DNA of 64,000 nucleotides from the NCBI GenBank assembly GCA_010093745.1, contig MU005961.1:62001-126000 (forward strand), given 5' to 3'. How positions within the stretch are numbered: position 1 is the stretch's first letter; every line of letters begins with the position of its first letter. Position numbers and translations under genes: made by a program. Below the pieces are notes generated by a model. That model was not told where the DNA came from. It made no database searches and worked only from the letters and a program-made list of their open reading frames with translations. This document shows, piece after piece, positions 23,094 to 36,118 of this stretch. This DNA is from Piedraia hortae CBS 480.64. Its lineage: Eukaryota.

Positions 23094-26000
23094 ATGGGGA
23101 AGCTCATCGCGTTGGAGGTTTATGACTTCAAGTCGTACCGCGGTCATCATCGTCTGGTTGTGAGTCGTACGCTGGCTGACGTGTGGAGTTTGGACTGACG
23201 CGGACCAGTTTGGAGACAGCTACTTCACTTCAATTATTGGTCCCAATGGCTCCGGAAAGTCGAATTCCATGGACGCCATCTCCTTTGTGCTGGGGATTAA
23301 ATCTTCGCATCTCCGGTCAGCGCATCTGAGCGAATTGATCTATCGTGGGCGCGTTTTGAAAGAGTCCACCGTGGATGCCAATGGGGATGCGGTTGAGGGA
23401 GCGCAGAATGGCGACAGCGAAGGAAACGATCATGCGAACCATAACCCTACGACGGCATGGGTCATGGCCGTTTACGAAGACGATGCGGGTGAAGAGCAGC
23501 GTTGGAAGCGCACAATCACCTCGGCCGGACAGAGCGAATACCGCATTAATAACCGCGTTGTCACGGCGAAGCAGTACAACGAAGCGTTGGAGGCGGAGAA
23601 TATCTTGATCAAAGCTCGTAACTTTCTTGTCTTCCAGGGAGACGTTGAATCTATTGCGAACCAGAACCCCAAAGATCTTACGCGGCTGATTGAGCAGATT
23701 AGCGGGTCGCTGGACTACAAAGCTGAGTATGAACGTCTGAAGAATGAAAAGGAACGGGCAGATGAGGATCAGCATCACAAATTGAACCAGCGTCGTGGAA
23801 TCAATGGCGAGATTAGGCAATATCAGATGCAGAAAGAGGAGCTGGAAAAATACGAAAACTTGCGTGATGAGCGCGATGAGGCGATCGTTACCCATGTGCT
23901 GTGGAAGCTATTTCACTTCCAGCGTACCATTGAAGACAGCGCGGCCGAGTTCCAGAAACGCCAGGAAGAGCTGAAAGAGTTTCGACGAAACGTCAAGCAG
24001 TACGAGAACAAACTCAAGGATGCCCAGACGGAACAGGCCAAAGTCGGGCGGGAAGTCTCCAAGTACGAGCGTCAGATCAAGCAAAAGGAAAAAGATGCCG
24101 TTGAAAAGGAAAACGAGCTCGTGCCGATCGATGAAAAGCTCTCGTTCTCCCAAGACAGGCTGAGGACACACCAGCGGGTGTTGGCCAATATGGAGGGAGA
24201 ACGCAAAACGCAACAAAAGTCGGCTGCTAAGATGCAGAATGATCTAAAAACGGTTGAAAAGGCGCAGACGCGCTGGGAGCAAGAGTGGCGTGAACAGCAG
24301 AAGCAGACTGGGCGGGAGGTCAGTGCGGAAGATGTCAAGGAATATCAGCGTCTCCGCAGCGAGGTCTATAAACGATCTGGTCAGGATCAGATCAAGGTAG
24401 ACAACATTTCCCGCCAACTAAAGGCCGATGAGGATGCTGTGAGTAGTCTGAAGTCTAAAGTCGACAGCACAAAGGCTCAGGCGGGCAGTCTAGAGGCCGA
24501 GCTGGCCATGCTCCAGGAGCGTCGGACAGAACTGCAGGACGCCATGGACTCTACCAGCAGCCAGGTTGATGCCAAGAAAAAGTCGATTAACGCCCTCGCC
24601 AGTGAACGCGAGCGTCACAACCAAAGGCAGCGGGAACTGGAGGAGAAGTTGGTAGAAGTTCTCCGTCGACTACGGGATGCCACCGACTCTCAACGTGAAT
24701 CCCGTAAGGAGGCAGAACAGCGTGAGACGGTGGCCCAGCTGAAGCGTCTCTTCCCAGGCGTGCGAGGCATGATGCACCAACTCTGTAAACCCAAGCAGAA
24801 AAAATACGAGGCGGCCATTGTGACTGCCCTGGGCCGGGAGTGGGACTCTGTAGTGGTAGACACTGAGAAGGCTGCTCGTGATGCCCTCGACTACCTCCGT
24901 GACCAACGCATAGGTCAGATGCGGTTTATCCCACTCGACACCATCATCCACAAGCAGCCCAACTCCAACCTCCGCGGCATGCATCAGGGCATGCGTCTTG
25001 CCATTGATGTCATTGACTTTGACAGCAGCATCGAGCGGGCCATGAACTTTGCCTGTGGGAACACCATCGTTTGTGAGACGCTGCAGATTGCCAGACATCT
25101 CTGCTACGAACGCCATGTTGATGCCAAGGCCGTGGTGCTCGACGGGACTGTCATTCACAAAGGCGGCAACATGACTGGTGGCTCCGAGCCCAGCGAGAAG
25201 AAGAGGCGATTCGAAGAGTCTGAGGTCGAGAATTTGCGTGTCCTCAAAGACAAATTCCAAGCAGAGATGTCTGCACTGCCCAAAGGGCACAAGCGTCAGG
25301 CAGAGGAAGAGCAGCTTCGGTCTGATCTCAGTGGCTTGGAGGCCAAGTTGAAGTACGCCCAGGAAGAGCTGGCTGCTCTCGAACGCAATATCGAGTCCAA
25401 GTCGAAACTCCTGGGCCATGTGCAGACTGAACGGTCTCAGTTGAAGAAGCAATATGATGCTCAAACGCGTAGTCTTGAGACGCTACGCAATACCTATTCA
25501 GAACACAGTAATGCCGTCAAGTCGGTTGCCGACGAAGTCTTTGGCGACTTTTGTCGTCGACTGGGCTTTGGCAATATTGAAGAGTATGAGCGTCTACAGG
25601 GTTCTCTCGAGCAGGAAGCCGACCGGAAGAAGCTCGAATTTAGTCGGCAGATCTCCCGTCTGAAAAACCAGCTCTCGTTTGAGAATGAGCGGCTCGCCAC
25701 GACTACACAGCGCATTGAGGCTGAGCGGGCAAAGGCTAAACGAGATGAAGCCACAATTGAACAGCTGGAGGCCGAGCGTAAACGCATCGCTGCTGAGGAA
25801 GAAGAGTTGAAGTCTGAGCTGGAAGACCTGCGGGAAAGTCTGGCGGGCTTACAGAAACAACACGAACAACGAGGGGAAAAAGTCAACGAAACCCGCCGTC
25901 AACTCCAGAATCGCATCAAATCAGTAGACAAAACCGTTAAAGAAGCGTCGAACTACCAAGCCGAAGCGCAGCGAGCATCAACAGAGCGTTACGGCGTTCT

Positions 26001-26941
26001 CAAACGCTGTCAAGTGGAAAACATCACCATCCCACTACTCAGCACCAGCCGCGCACTCAACGAGCTCCCATCCGAAGACGCATTGATCGAAGACGTCGAC
26101 GAAACCGTTGACCTAGACGAAAGCGATGCAACCCATTGCAACGACTACGGCATGCACGTCGACTTCTCCACCCTCCCCGAGGACCTCGAAACCGACGGCT
26201 CTCCCGACCGCGAAGCCTCCCTCCTTGAACAAATATCCCTCCTAACCACCAGCCTCGAAAAACTCGCCCCAAACATGCGTTCCGCGGAGCGTCTCGCTGC
26301 AACCTCCTCCCGCCTCCAAGCCACCGATCGCGAATTCAAACAATCCACGCAAGCCAGCAAGCGCGCAACCAAAGAATTCGAAGCCATAAAGTCCCGCCGT
26401 CAAGAACTCTTCAACAAAGCCTACAAACACATCTCTCAACAAATCACTCCAATCTACAAAGAACTAACCAAAACACCCCATTTCCCCCTCGGCGGCTCCG
26501 CATCCCTCGATATCGAGGACGAAGTCGAGCCCTACCTCTCTGGGGTAAAGTACCATGCCATGCCGCCCCTGAAACGCTTTCGTGAGATGGACTCTCTCTC
26601 TGGCGGGGAGAAAACCATGGCCGCCCTAGCCCTCCTCTTTGCGATTCATACCTTTGCTCCCTCGCCGTTTTTTGTCCTCGATGAGGTCGATGCGGCGTTG
26701 GATGTGAATAATACTCAACAGTTGAGTGCGTATCTCCGCGCACATGCAGGGCCGGGGATGCAGTTTGTTGTTATTTCGCTCAAACAGGCGCTATTTCAGG
26801 ATTCGGCCAGCTTGGTGGGTGTCATGAAGGATCAGTCGGCTAATTCGAGTAGAGCTGTTACGCTTGATGTGAGTTTACACACACCGCTGGTGGGTGAGTT
26901 GCTGACAAGTGGTACAGTTGAGAAAGTATCAGTTTGGGTGA
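23094..26941 (+). CDS. SMC1: Cohesin subunit Smc1
   Basis: MGKLIALEVYDFKSY, Walker A IIGPNGSGKSN, hinge region, LSGGEK signature and LDEVDAALD. Introns 23160-23208 and 26869-26917; last exon LRKYQFG*. Confidence 0.97.
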
Positions 26942-27143
26942 ATGATTTGGGAAGGGGGGGTGTTTTTTTTTTCTCCAGTGAGCATTGCATTCGTGTGGGT
27001 GCACTTCTTGTAGTTGTAGAGAGGACGTGTTTGTTTCGGTCTCTATCCGTTTTTGATCTTTATCCATGTGCTCTCATTCGGTGTGGTTGAGAAAAGGTTG
27101 AATAGATTGGGTATATATTCCTTTCTCTTTTGATTAATCTACG

Positions 27144-27235
27144 GGTGGTATGGTCTAGTGGTATGACGTCACGTTGTGGTGATTAACAATTGCACAACTT
27201 CCGTGCCAGCCTCAGTTCGATTCTGGGTACCGCCA
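27144..27235 (+). tRNA. tRNA-His(GTG) with 21-nt intron
   Basis: Acceptor stem GGTGGTA/TACCGCC, A-box TGGTCTAGTGG, anticodon loop TTGTGG, B-box GTTCGATTC and a downstream T-run terminator. Confidence 0.92.
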
Positions 27236-27672
27236 TGATTTTTTTTTGCCCTGCATTTTGAAAGAAACAAATTCCTCAATCACACACAAACACTCGATGG
27301 CATAACGAAAGTTGGGAGGACGTAGCAAATCGATATGGAATTTCCATGGCTATTCGTATGTTCTGTGAACATCTACTGTATAATCATTGTTGAGGTTCCA
27401 GATTAACGACAGTCCATTGCTCCAGGAAGCTATTTGCATCTAGACCAGATGTGCCACGGAACCATATTGCAGCCACGTGACCCGACGCCTTACCTCCAGC
27501 CCATAGCGTAGTTAGGTCTTTCGTAAGGCACAGCACAGTTGTAAGGATAGTATAGTCCGCAACGTGACAAGACGCTGTTATGGTCCATTGTGAAAAACCC
27601 GCTTAAATGTGGGGTACTTATATTTCACCAATTCGGAAAACATTGTAACTGGAATGATTGGTCCAGTGGAAA

Positions 27673-27758
27673 GGTGGTATGGTCTAGTGGTATGACGTCA
27701 CGTTGTGGCTATCTTCTCTGCATCCGTGCCAGCCTCAGTTCGATTCTGGGTACCGCCA
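27673..27758 (+). tRNA. tRNA-His(GTG) with 15-nt intron
   Basis: Exons are identical to 27144-27235 but the intron differs (ctatcttctctgcat). A T-run terminator follows. Confidence 0.92.
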
Positions 27759-28967
27759 ATTTTTCTTTTTTGTAAAATCTCTCGTGTGGATGAGGGTCTG
27801 TGAGATTTGTGGTGGAATGATTTGCATCTTTTTGAGTATTCATTGCGAAATGTAGGAAGTAATTGCCCTATGTGAAAAGGTAGAAGTATGGTGGCAACTC
27901 CCAGGAAAGTTTTTGTGAAACTGCCATCCAAGCGGCGGAGATCTCATCCATAGTTGTATGCTAACCCTTTTCTCTTGTAGAGTGTCGGCCGATGGTTTAT
28001 GGGCTGGTGTAGGAAGTGTAAAGATTGGGTCGATGAACTCCCCATGTGGGAAAGAGGGAGATAGGTGTTACGTTTCCTTGCGGAAATATTGGTGAAGTTT
28101 GGTGAGATTTGGGTGGATCTTCCAACGAACGTATTCTCTGAATCTTTGAGGAAATATAATGAACTGGACCGGCAGACCTTTTTGGTGGGAACTATGATGC
28201 GGCTTCTGTTCCGTCGGAGAATTGATTTTTTGCTAGAGGTTTGTTGGGTGGGTCACTACGTTGAGATAGTTTGTTCGGGTACTAAACCGTGGATACACTG
28301 GGACGGGGTGCACATTCTTTGGGGTAACTATCCTTCTCTTTGTAGATTCCCGTTTGTGTGGACTGGATATAAAGAGACGCTAGGCTGGTGGAAGATGACC
28401 TCGGAGTGGATACTCTTGGTATAGCCCACTCATTTGAATTACAAAGGAAGGGTGCACAAATAATCACCGCTACCGTTTGACTGAATTTCAGGATGGATAC
28501 ATACCTGGTGTCAACTCCTGGGGGCGTCCAGATCCCGTCGTGCTGAAACTTATGGGGTAGGGGTTTGAGTTTGGCTTTTGCATACAGACGTGGAAGATCT
28601 TGGCACAGAATTGGGCAACAGTCCTCTGAGGACAGGAGAGGCTTCACCAGGATAGGTGGGCGGACACGCATTTTCCAATGCCCGCGTCTTTACAAACAAG
28701 TCATTCCGATCATCTCAGCGTGTTTCAACCTCCATACCGAAACGAACTGCACAATCACACACGGGTTAATCCATTCTCTGCTCCATTTCCCCCCATCGCG
28801 CGCTCATCTTCCACAAAACCGTAGCCGCCTAGGCCATTCCCTGCCCCCTTGTCCACGCCCTCAATCACCGCGGATGCAGAAACGAGCTTTGTGCTTTTGT
28901 AGTTCGCCTTTATCTTTGAACTTGTACGTAAAGACCCAGCGAACTAGTAGTGCCAAATCTTGCATCC

Positions 28968-29306
28968 GCTACCACAAATGTCCCGCAGCCGCAGGGATGC
29001 CATATTTTACCCTGGTCGAGTAATCGACTTAGGGGTTTCTTGAAATTGTGCCAATTCTCACGTTGTTCTGGCCAATCTAAACTGGTGTAGGCATCCATGT
29101 TAGCTTGTACTGACGTCCATCAAAAGTGTGCACGCATTGATGCAGTGCGCAGAATGAGAAGGACATTCAACATAGACAACGATGTATTGACTTTGGCTAC
29201 CATGTATGTGAAACGGTAGCAGGGACACCATACTTTCCCTTGGCTGAGTTATCGACCTGGACGTCTCTTAATATTGTGCCACTGCTCACGCGGCTCTGGT
29301 GAATCT
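28968..29306 (-). repeat. Diverged 228-bp-period direct repeat within a decayed coding relic
   Basis: 28991-29078 aligns without gaps to 29219-29306. Minus-strand translations are PEQRENWHNFKKPLSRLLDQGKIWHPC and PEPREQWHNIKRRPGR*LSQGKVWCPC. Confidence 0.75.
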
Positions 29307-30950
29307 GACTTTTGCGCAGGCGTCCCATTGGTGATCGTCAGAAGCGTGCAGACAGTGACGCACTGCAAGCAATAGGGAAGACGTCCAGTATAGGCAACGA
29401 TAAATGGGCATTAACCACCTCTGATTCTTGCAACCTCAGGGGAAAACCATCCTTTTCCTCGTCTGATTTACGAAGGGCATTGACCATGGGTGCTTCTTCA
29501 GATCGTGCCAATCCTCATCTAGTTCTGGTTAATCCAACCTCTATGCAGACGTCCCTGACGACCATCAAAAGCGTTCCCTCTGTGCTGTAATGCACACGGC
29601 GGGGAAGATCTCCAGTATAGGCATCGACGATGGCATCATTAAAAATCTCCCCTGCTTCCTTGCCCTGCGCTGGGATAATTTTGTCCATGGTGAAGTTTAA
29701 CAGACATTTTCGCAAGTGATGTTGTCCTCGAAAGTGTAGGAAGACCGCACTCTCTGCAGTATATATCGCCCTCGTCTTGCGATACTGCCCCTCTGCGGAC
29801 GATCTCGGGTCAACGCACTATGAAATGTCCGGAGGATGAGCCATAATCAATGTCTAGGACGCTCGATGGGTCTCCATTCCAGCGTCGTTCCTAGCTGTTA
29901 CGGGCTAGCCCTCTCGTCTCATGGTTGTCTTCTGAGTCTGGTCTTCAGAACAAAGTAGCTCCTCAGGTTCCACGCAAGAAAATCTTTCGCTCAGGCCTTG
30001 ATCTGTGCCCACTGCCAGTGCTTCAACCAATGGTTTGTTGCAACGTATAACTTTGTTTGATAGCCATATATTGAGAGATGCCGTGCTCGCGGCAACGGCA
30101 GTTCGTGTCCTCTATAAACTGCTTATGTGCTCATCCTTTAAACAATTCCCGTGCCTCTTCGATTGCGGGCCCAGATACCGGAACAGCTGTACAATCTGGT
30201 ATATTGACTCCGAGGTTAAGGGACAAGTCGCTGAGATCTTCGCCCGACTCAATTGTGTAAAGAATTATCAACTGACGCTCCAGGTGGACCGGGCCAGTGA
30301 AAGCTGGGAGGTGTTAGCACTCAAGCCATCTCCAGATGCCCGTAGCAGGGCATCCTTCAACCAACACTTGAGATGCAAGATGACTGTTAACTTGAGGCGC
30401 AGCATCTTACAACAAGCTGTCTATCGCAGCACAACAGGCGGCCGCTATCCTACCAACAAGTTCTTTGGCAGTGCCCGATGCAAGAGTTTTGGAGTAGCAG
30501 ATTAGGCCTCTGTGCGCGATGATACGAATTAGGGGCGAGGATCGCACGCTTGTATCATTGTCACTGTGCGCGAATTCCGGCGCGTCTGGAAAAGAGCGGA
30601 GCAGTTCTACCTGCCGCCTCAACTTGTTTGGAATGGTTCGAAGTGCATGTCGCGCGCACAAATCAAAGTTTTACACTAGCCGTAGTATGGTGCGGCCCGA
30701 AGCGGATCTGACAGAGTTTAAGTGGGGTCCATCAAGTCTCGCATTACTGAATCGACAAGATCTCACATTGCAAACTTCCCCGTCAGACCACCCCACTCCT
30801 GCGACTAGACCGATTCTGAACAACATATAAAGAAGGCAGAGGCAGAACACCAAACCTCATCTAATAGCAACCACGTCCGTGTTCCGTGTCCGCCAAGCCG
30901 GCCCGTCCCATCTCACCCCCCACCTGACGCGTCTCCCCCTCCACACAACA

Positions 30951-31532
30951 ATGTCCTCCCCACCGGTCGCGCAGCCTGCGCAGCCTAAACCCGGCTCGCG
31001 CGAATCCTCCCTCCGCTCTCTCTACGACAAAGCAATCACCTACATCCTCACACATACCTTCACCCTCGAAGCTCTGGAGACAAGCTTCCCCACCATCGCG
31101 TCCTACACGCCTCAGGCGCTCGCGAATTTACACGCGCAACTGGTCGGAAACCTCGAGCAACAGCTAAAAGACCACTTTGAGGTTATTCTACAGGAGAGGA
31201 ATGTGCCCACGTGGCTGGCGCAGTTGGATCGGGTTGTGGAGGAGGCGAGGAGGAGGAAGGGAGAGGATGAGGGAGGGGTCGTTCCGACTGCGTTGCATGC
31301 GCTTCCCGCGGAGGAGTTGGTGAAGGCACGCGTGCAGCCGGTGCTGAGTGGGTGTGAGGAGGAGTTGGATAGGAGGTTTGGGGTTTTGGAGGAGAGGGTT
31401 AGGGAGAGGTTTGAGAGAGTGGAGAAGAAGGGGGGGGAGGTTGAGGTGTTAATGAAGAGGATTGAGGGGGCGTTTGAGAGGGCGAGGGAGTTGGGGGAGG
31501 TGGGGGAAGCGGTTAGTGAGGGGGGGTTATAA
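30951..31532 (+). CDS. NNF1: MIND/Mis12 kinetochore complex subunit Nnf1
   Basis: PGSR...LR.LY.KAI......T.E.L...FP...F..IL.ERNV...LA.LD.VVEEARRR pattern followed by a coiled coil. ACGCGT lies at 30927-30932 just upstream. Confidence 0.8.
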   Translation: MSSPPVAQPAQPKPGSRESSLRSLYDKAITYILTHTFTLEALETSFPTIASYTPQALANLHAQLVGNLEQQLKDHFEVILQERNVPTWLAQLDRVVEEARRRKGEDEGGVVPTALHALPAEELVKARVQPVLSGCEEELDRRFGVLEERVRERFERVEKKGGEVEVLMKRIEGAFERARELGEVGEAVSEGGL

Positions 31533-32033
31533 CAGAGGGTGGGGGTTCGATGATGGGGAGGGGGCTGTTATGAATCGGGGAGGGCGTTTGGGGTGGGATG
31601 CACTCTGTCTTTGCTTGAATGTGGTATCATCGTTTCTAATTGCCTTTGAACGCAGATTTCACGCCATTGTTGCGGGTGAAGTGAGGCTTGCATCCTGCTA
31701 ATAATTCTGCTAATAATGAACCTTCGGCTCTCGTAGTAGACACTGTTGCCGATACAGCACCTTAAAAGGGTTTCCCCAGCTATGATGCACTCTGGCGAGA
31801 AAAAGTTTCACGTCTGGGAACGCACTCATAGCGTAGCTCTCAAACCCATACCTTTACAAAGATTGTAAGCCTTCTCCCTTTGGAGAGAGGAGAACACCTC
31901 ACCTCGATACTCATATCTACCATCAAAATCCCCTCACCCCAAAAAGTCACAAAGCCAAATAAACAAACGCATCTCAACCCCACCATCTCTCGCAAAAGCC
32001 ATCTACCCAAACCCACAAGAAGCAACATCCCCT

Positions 32034-33456
32034 CTACATCCCCTCTACCCCCTCCTTCCCCTCCTTCCTCCCCCGCGAAGCATCCCTACTCCCCCCCTCC
32101 AATGCCCCATTAAGCCTAGCGACCTCAACCCTCAACGTCTCCAGCTCCCTTTCCAATCTCTTCCCAAAAATATCAATATAATACGTCGCACCATTCCACG
32201 ACGCCCACGCAAACACAATCAGTAAAAACGCCCCCGAAGCATGGAGGGACGAGAACCAAAGCGGACACGGGAGGATAGTAGTCAGTGCGTAGAGGTACTG
32301 AATCGCCATGAACGCCGGTTCCTGCGCCTTCTCGGGGCAGGAGAGGACGAGTTTTCCGAGAAAGGTGTTTTTATAGGAGCGACGGAGCCAGGTGAAGGAT
32401 GTTGGGCGACCGGCGGCGATTTTGTCGCGTTTGCGGACGGTGATGAGGATGTGGTAGGAGAGTTGCCAGATGGCATAGGGAAGGGTTGCCCATAAGATCA
32501 TGTCTTTGAGGCGGTAGTGTTCTGGTGCAGTGGGGGGGGAGTATTTGATTGTGTGGACGGCAGGGAAACGAACTTGTTGGAGGGTGACTGGGAGGAGGTG
32601 GACTATGCAGTGGAGGGTTGCGCAGGGCATGAAGTGGATGAAGACGGATGTGACCTTGAAGGGTTAGGTTGCAGGTTGGTGGGGAGGAATGGCTTACCTT
32701 GTCAAGGCTGTGGAAGACGACGCTGTTCCTCCACATGGGGATTGCGACGGCGTTGTTGCCCATGGCGAGACAGAAGACGCTGATGAAGAGGCGTTTGCTT
32801 TGGGGGAAGAACCAGATGCTCAACAGGAGGAGGACATTGACAAAGTAACAGAGGTCGGCGACGAAATAGTGGAAGCCGATTTGTCGGTACTTGTACCATC
32901 GTAGGGGGATTAGGACAAGGACTTGGGCGGTATACCAGTAGTGGAAGTTTTGGGGGAAGGCACCGAGCATGTAGGCGGATATTATGAGGTTCATGACGGC
33001 TAGTGTGAAGGTGATTTTTTCTTTTAGTGTGACTGTCTTGGCATCGTTCCAGGTTCGGGAGAGACGCTCAACGGAGTTTTTGACTCGCTGGCGGTATTTT
33101 TCTAGTTTTAGGTCTTCTTCGGGTACGCCTCGTTTACGCAGCTCCCCTACAAGAATGTTGGTGGAAGAGAGAGCTCGTTCGGTCAGTTTGGTCCGCTGAC
33201 GACGCACTTTTTCTGCTTGGTTCTGCATCGCCTGCTGCATCCTCTCCAGTCTTTGCGGTAGGGCGAGATTTTCCAGAATGTCGAAAATGGTAAGACGTTC
33301 CAAGGGAGGGAAGACGCGTTCGCCGAATTCTTCAAAGCCGCCGTCCGAGTTGGTGCTGGAGCTGCGGTCCAGACTCGGGGTTGAGAGCCCGTCATTGCTA
33401 CCGTCTACCGAGAGGTAGTCTGAGTTTTCTCGTTTTCTGCTCTCGCTGTCGTCCAT
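32034..33456 (-). CDS. GPC1: Glycerophosphocholine acyltransferase (DUF2838 family)
   Basis: HYFVADLCYFVN, WRNSVVFHSLDK|VTSVFIHFMP, GRPTSFTWL and WNGATYYIDIFG. Intron 32655-32697. Confidence 0.92.
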
Positions 33457-33795
33457 GGTTGATATCAGACTGCCAGGTGGAATCAGAACTCTTGAACCCC
33501 GCGCAAATCCGACAAGCTAACCGAAAGGAGCTTAAATTTCTTTGAATGTCTTCAGGCGGGGTACGCTAATGTGCACTACAGAAGGTAAGCTTCAGTAGAA
33601 GTCATCCTTTGATTGGCCAGCTGGCAATGCTGTGCAAACCCACGTGTAGCCGCAAGGCCAAAGATTGGACGAAAGACGGCCCGCTAACAGATCGCCCAGA
33701 ATCATTACTCGAAACAAATGAGTGACGTATTAGCGTGCATTAGCTTCGAATAACCTCCGAGAGGCGACGACGTCAGACTCGTTGATCGAACCGCA

Positions 33796-34375
33796 ATGGC
33801 CTTTCCTAATACAGCCCCCCCCCCATCCTCCTTTGACGACCTCGCCTCAGAATATGGAGACGAAACCCGGTGGATGCGCGTTCGTCGGCGGATCATCGAG
33901 GAACCCTTGATCCCTATCGGTTGCGCCCTAACCTGTTGGGCGTTGTACGAAGCGTGAGAATGAACAGCACTATGTCCCAGCGAGACTAACATTGCCAAGA
34001 TCCCGCTCAATACGCATGGGCGACAAACACCGGACGAACATGATGTTCCGGCGTCGAATCTACGCCCAGGGATTCACTCTGCTGGCCATGGTGGGCGGTT
34101 CGGTCTACTGGCAAAAGGATCGTGCCAAGAGGTCGCAGTATAATGAACTGCTTGAGGATAAGAAGAGGAAGGAGAGACATGAGGCTTGGCTTCGGGAGTT
34201 GGAGGTTAGAGAACAGGATGAGCAGGATTTTAAGCAATTGCAGGAGAAACTCATCCAGCAGAGAGTTGAGGAGAAGAAGAAGGAGATGGGAAAGGTACAG
34301 AGTGTGTTGGAAGATAACGAGGCGAGGTGGAGAGAGAGGTTTCGACAGTCGGTATATTCGTCGACGTGGAGGTAA
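33796..34375 (+). CDS. RCF1: Respiratory supercomplex factor 1 (HIG1 domain)
   Basis: EEPLIPIGCALTCWAL|..SIRMGD...NMMFRRRIYAQGFTL and WLRELEVRE. Intron 33954-33999. Confidence 0.92.
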
Positions 34376-34483
34376 GCCAGAGATGCTAAAACGCCCGACT
34401 CCTCGCTATGAAAATGAAGCAATACATGTAACCTCGATAATGATCAACCCCACAGTTCTTCCATTAACCCCCCGCAGTGCATG

Positions 34484-36118
34484 TTACCCCCACAGTGATG
34501 CCTGCTGCTGTTGCGGCTGCGATGGCTGACCTTGCCGCGGAAACACGGCAACGGTGGGCAATTGCTCCAAACCGCCCATGGTGGGTTGTGGTGCATTCTG
34601 CCATCCTGTTCCCTGTGTACCAATGAATGCTGATTGACGAAAGGGATTAGTGCCTGTAGGCTGAGGCTGCATTGGGATAAGTTGCTCTTGCGGCTGGGTC
34701 TTGGCAAACGGATTGGTGCCTGTGGTTTGTGGCCTCAACATTTGACTGTTTCGTGCAAATGGATTGGTATTCTGTGGTTGTTCTGGCTGACTCAAGGGTG
34801 TAGAGGATAACATCATGGACCGTCTGAACGGATTTGTAGTTCCCGTGAGTTGTGGTTGAAGGGGTTGCTGAGGTGGGAATAATTGTGGTGGGCTTTGGTG
34901 AAAGGAACTCTGTGGTCGCTGGGGTGTGTAGTTATTAGGAGGAAATGGCTGCTGAGGCGGTGGCATTTGATAGCCTGTCATCTGTGGCTGCTGCATTCCA
35001 AACGGGTTGGGATTTTGGTAGAAGGCATATTGCTGTGGTGGTGAAAGTTGCTGCTGTTGCGGGAAACCATTCATCTGAGGCTGCATTGGCGGACTCTGGA
35101 CCATTGGTTGTTGATTCTGCTCAATCGACTCGAAAAGGTCAATGAGATCCGGTGCAGGGCCCTTTGCCGGCGGTGGAGCTATTGCAGGGAGTGGTGTAGA
35201 CTCTGCTGGAGCCGATTTCTCCTTTTCCTTTGGCTTCGGCGACTCTCTGAGTCCACTCTTGCCATTTTTGTTTCCCTTCAACGCCTGCTGCTTGGCTAGA
35301 TATTGCCTCCGATTCATCTCAAAGTCCTTATCATCGAGATAATCCTGCAAAGACGTAGCCAGACTTGTTGGAGCATGTCTAAGCTGAGGCACTTTTAGAC
35401 GCATCGCGTGTTCATATTGCCTAGCCACGCTCAGATACCTCATCACATGGTCCGTCAGCCGACAAAACTCCTTGTAGATGGCGACTACACGCTCAGCATT
35501 AGATCGGGACAGTTCAAAATACATTGTCAGCAAGACCATGACGGCTTCGTTCAGCACTTTGTATAAATCCAGCAAATCTCGCGTCAACAGTCGAAAGGCG
35601 GTTAACGATATGTCGTTTTCCACCTCGTTAGTGAGAAAATCACACTGCACCAGCGCGTGAATCTCTGTTTGAACAACCTGTGCTTCCTTCAACAAGCCCT
35701 TTTCGATGCCCAGCCGCTTGAAGCGCTCGGCTCCCTGTAAGACGTGGTCGACGTGACAGGTCGAGTACGCATTGGCGCGCGTCAGCAGGTAATCTGAGTA
35801 ATGTCTAATGTTCATTCCCTGCGTCTGGACATCGGTGTAGCCGTTAATGGCGAGGCGGGTTTGAGGCGCATCGGCAATGAATCGCAGCGTCACATCCGGG
35901 GCGCCTTCCCTGATCATGACATGCACCACTACGAGGCTCTTGAAGGCTACCGTCCATGTAGAGTCGCGCATACGGCGGGTCAGGGAGCGGAAAACCTCGC
36001 CGACGGCCGCCTCTCCGGCATGAGTCGCCCCGAGTATGTTATCGATATATTTGGCCTTGGGTGCCGCCAGTTTCACCTTGGTCGCGCCCTTGACCGATTT
36101 TTCGATACTCGACGCCAT
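34484..36118 (-). CDS. ANTH-domain clathrin assembly adaptor (AP180/Yap1801/2-like)
   Basis: KGATKVKLAAPKAKY and WTVAFKSLVVVHVMIREG, a DLIDL clathrin-box-like motif, and a Q/P-rich tail with several NPF motifs. Confidence 0.94.
   Translation of the reverse strand: MASSIEKSVKGATKVKLAAPKAKYIDNILGATHAGEAAVGEVFRSLTRRMRDSTWTVAFKSLVVVHVMIREGAPDVTLRFIADAPQTRLAINGYTDVQTQGMNIRHYSDYLLTRANAYSTCHVDHVLQGAERFKRLGIEKGLLKEAQVVQTEIHALVQCDFLTNEVENDISLTAFRLLTRDLLDLYKVLNEAVMVLLTMYFELSRSNAERVVAIYKEFCRLTDHVMRYLSVARQYEHAMRLKVPQLRHAPTSLATSLQDYLDDKDFEMNRRQYLAKQQALKGNKNGKSGLRESPKPKEKEKSAPAESTPLPAIAPPPAKGPAPDLIDLFESIEQNQQPMVQSPPMQPQMNGFPQQQQLSPPQQYAFYQNPNPFGMQQPQMTGYQMPPPQQPFPPNNYTPQRPQSSFHQSPPQLFPPQQPLQPQLTGTTNPFRRSMMLSSTPLSQPEQPQNTNPFARNSQMLRPQTTGTNPFAKTQPQEQLIPMQPQPTGTNPFRQSAFIGTQGTGWQNAPQPTMGGLEQLPTVAVFPRQGQPSQPQQQQASLWG

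Noticed and set aside
26869..27090. Hydrophobic C-terminal tail on the SMC1 ORF
   Set aside because: This is read-through of a GT-AG intron (26869-26917, branch GCTGAC). The spliced end is LDLRKYQFG*.
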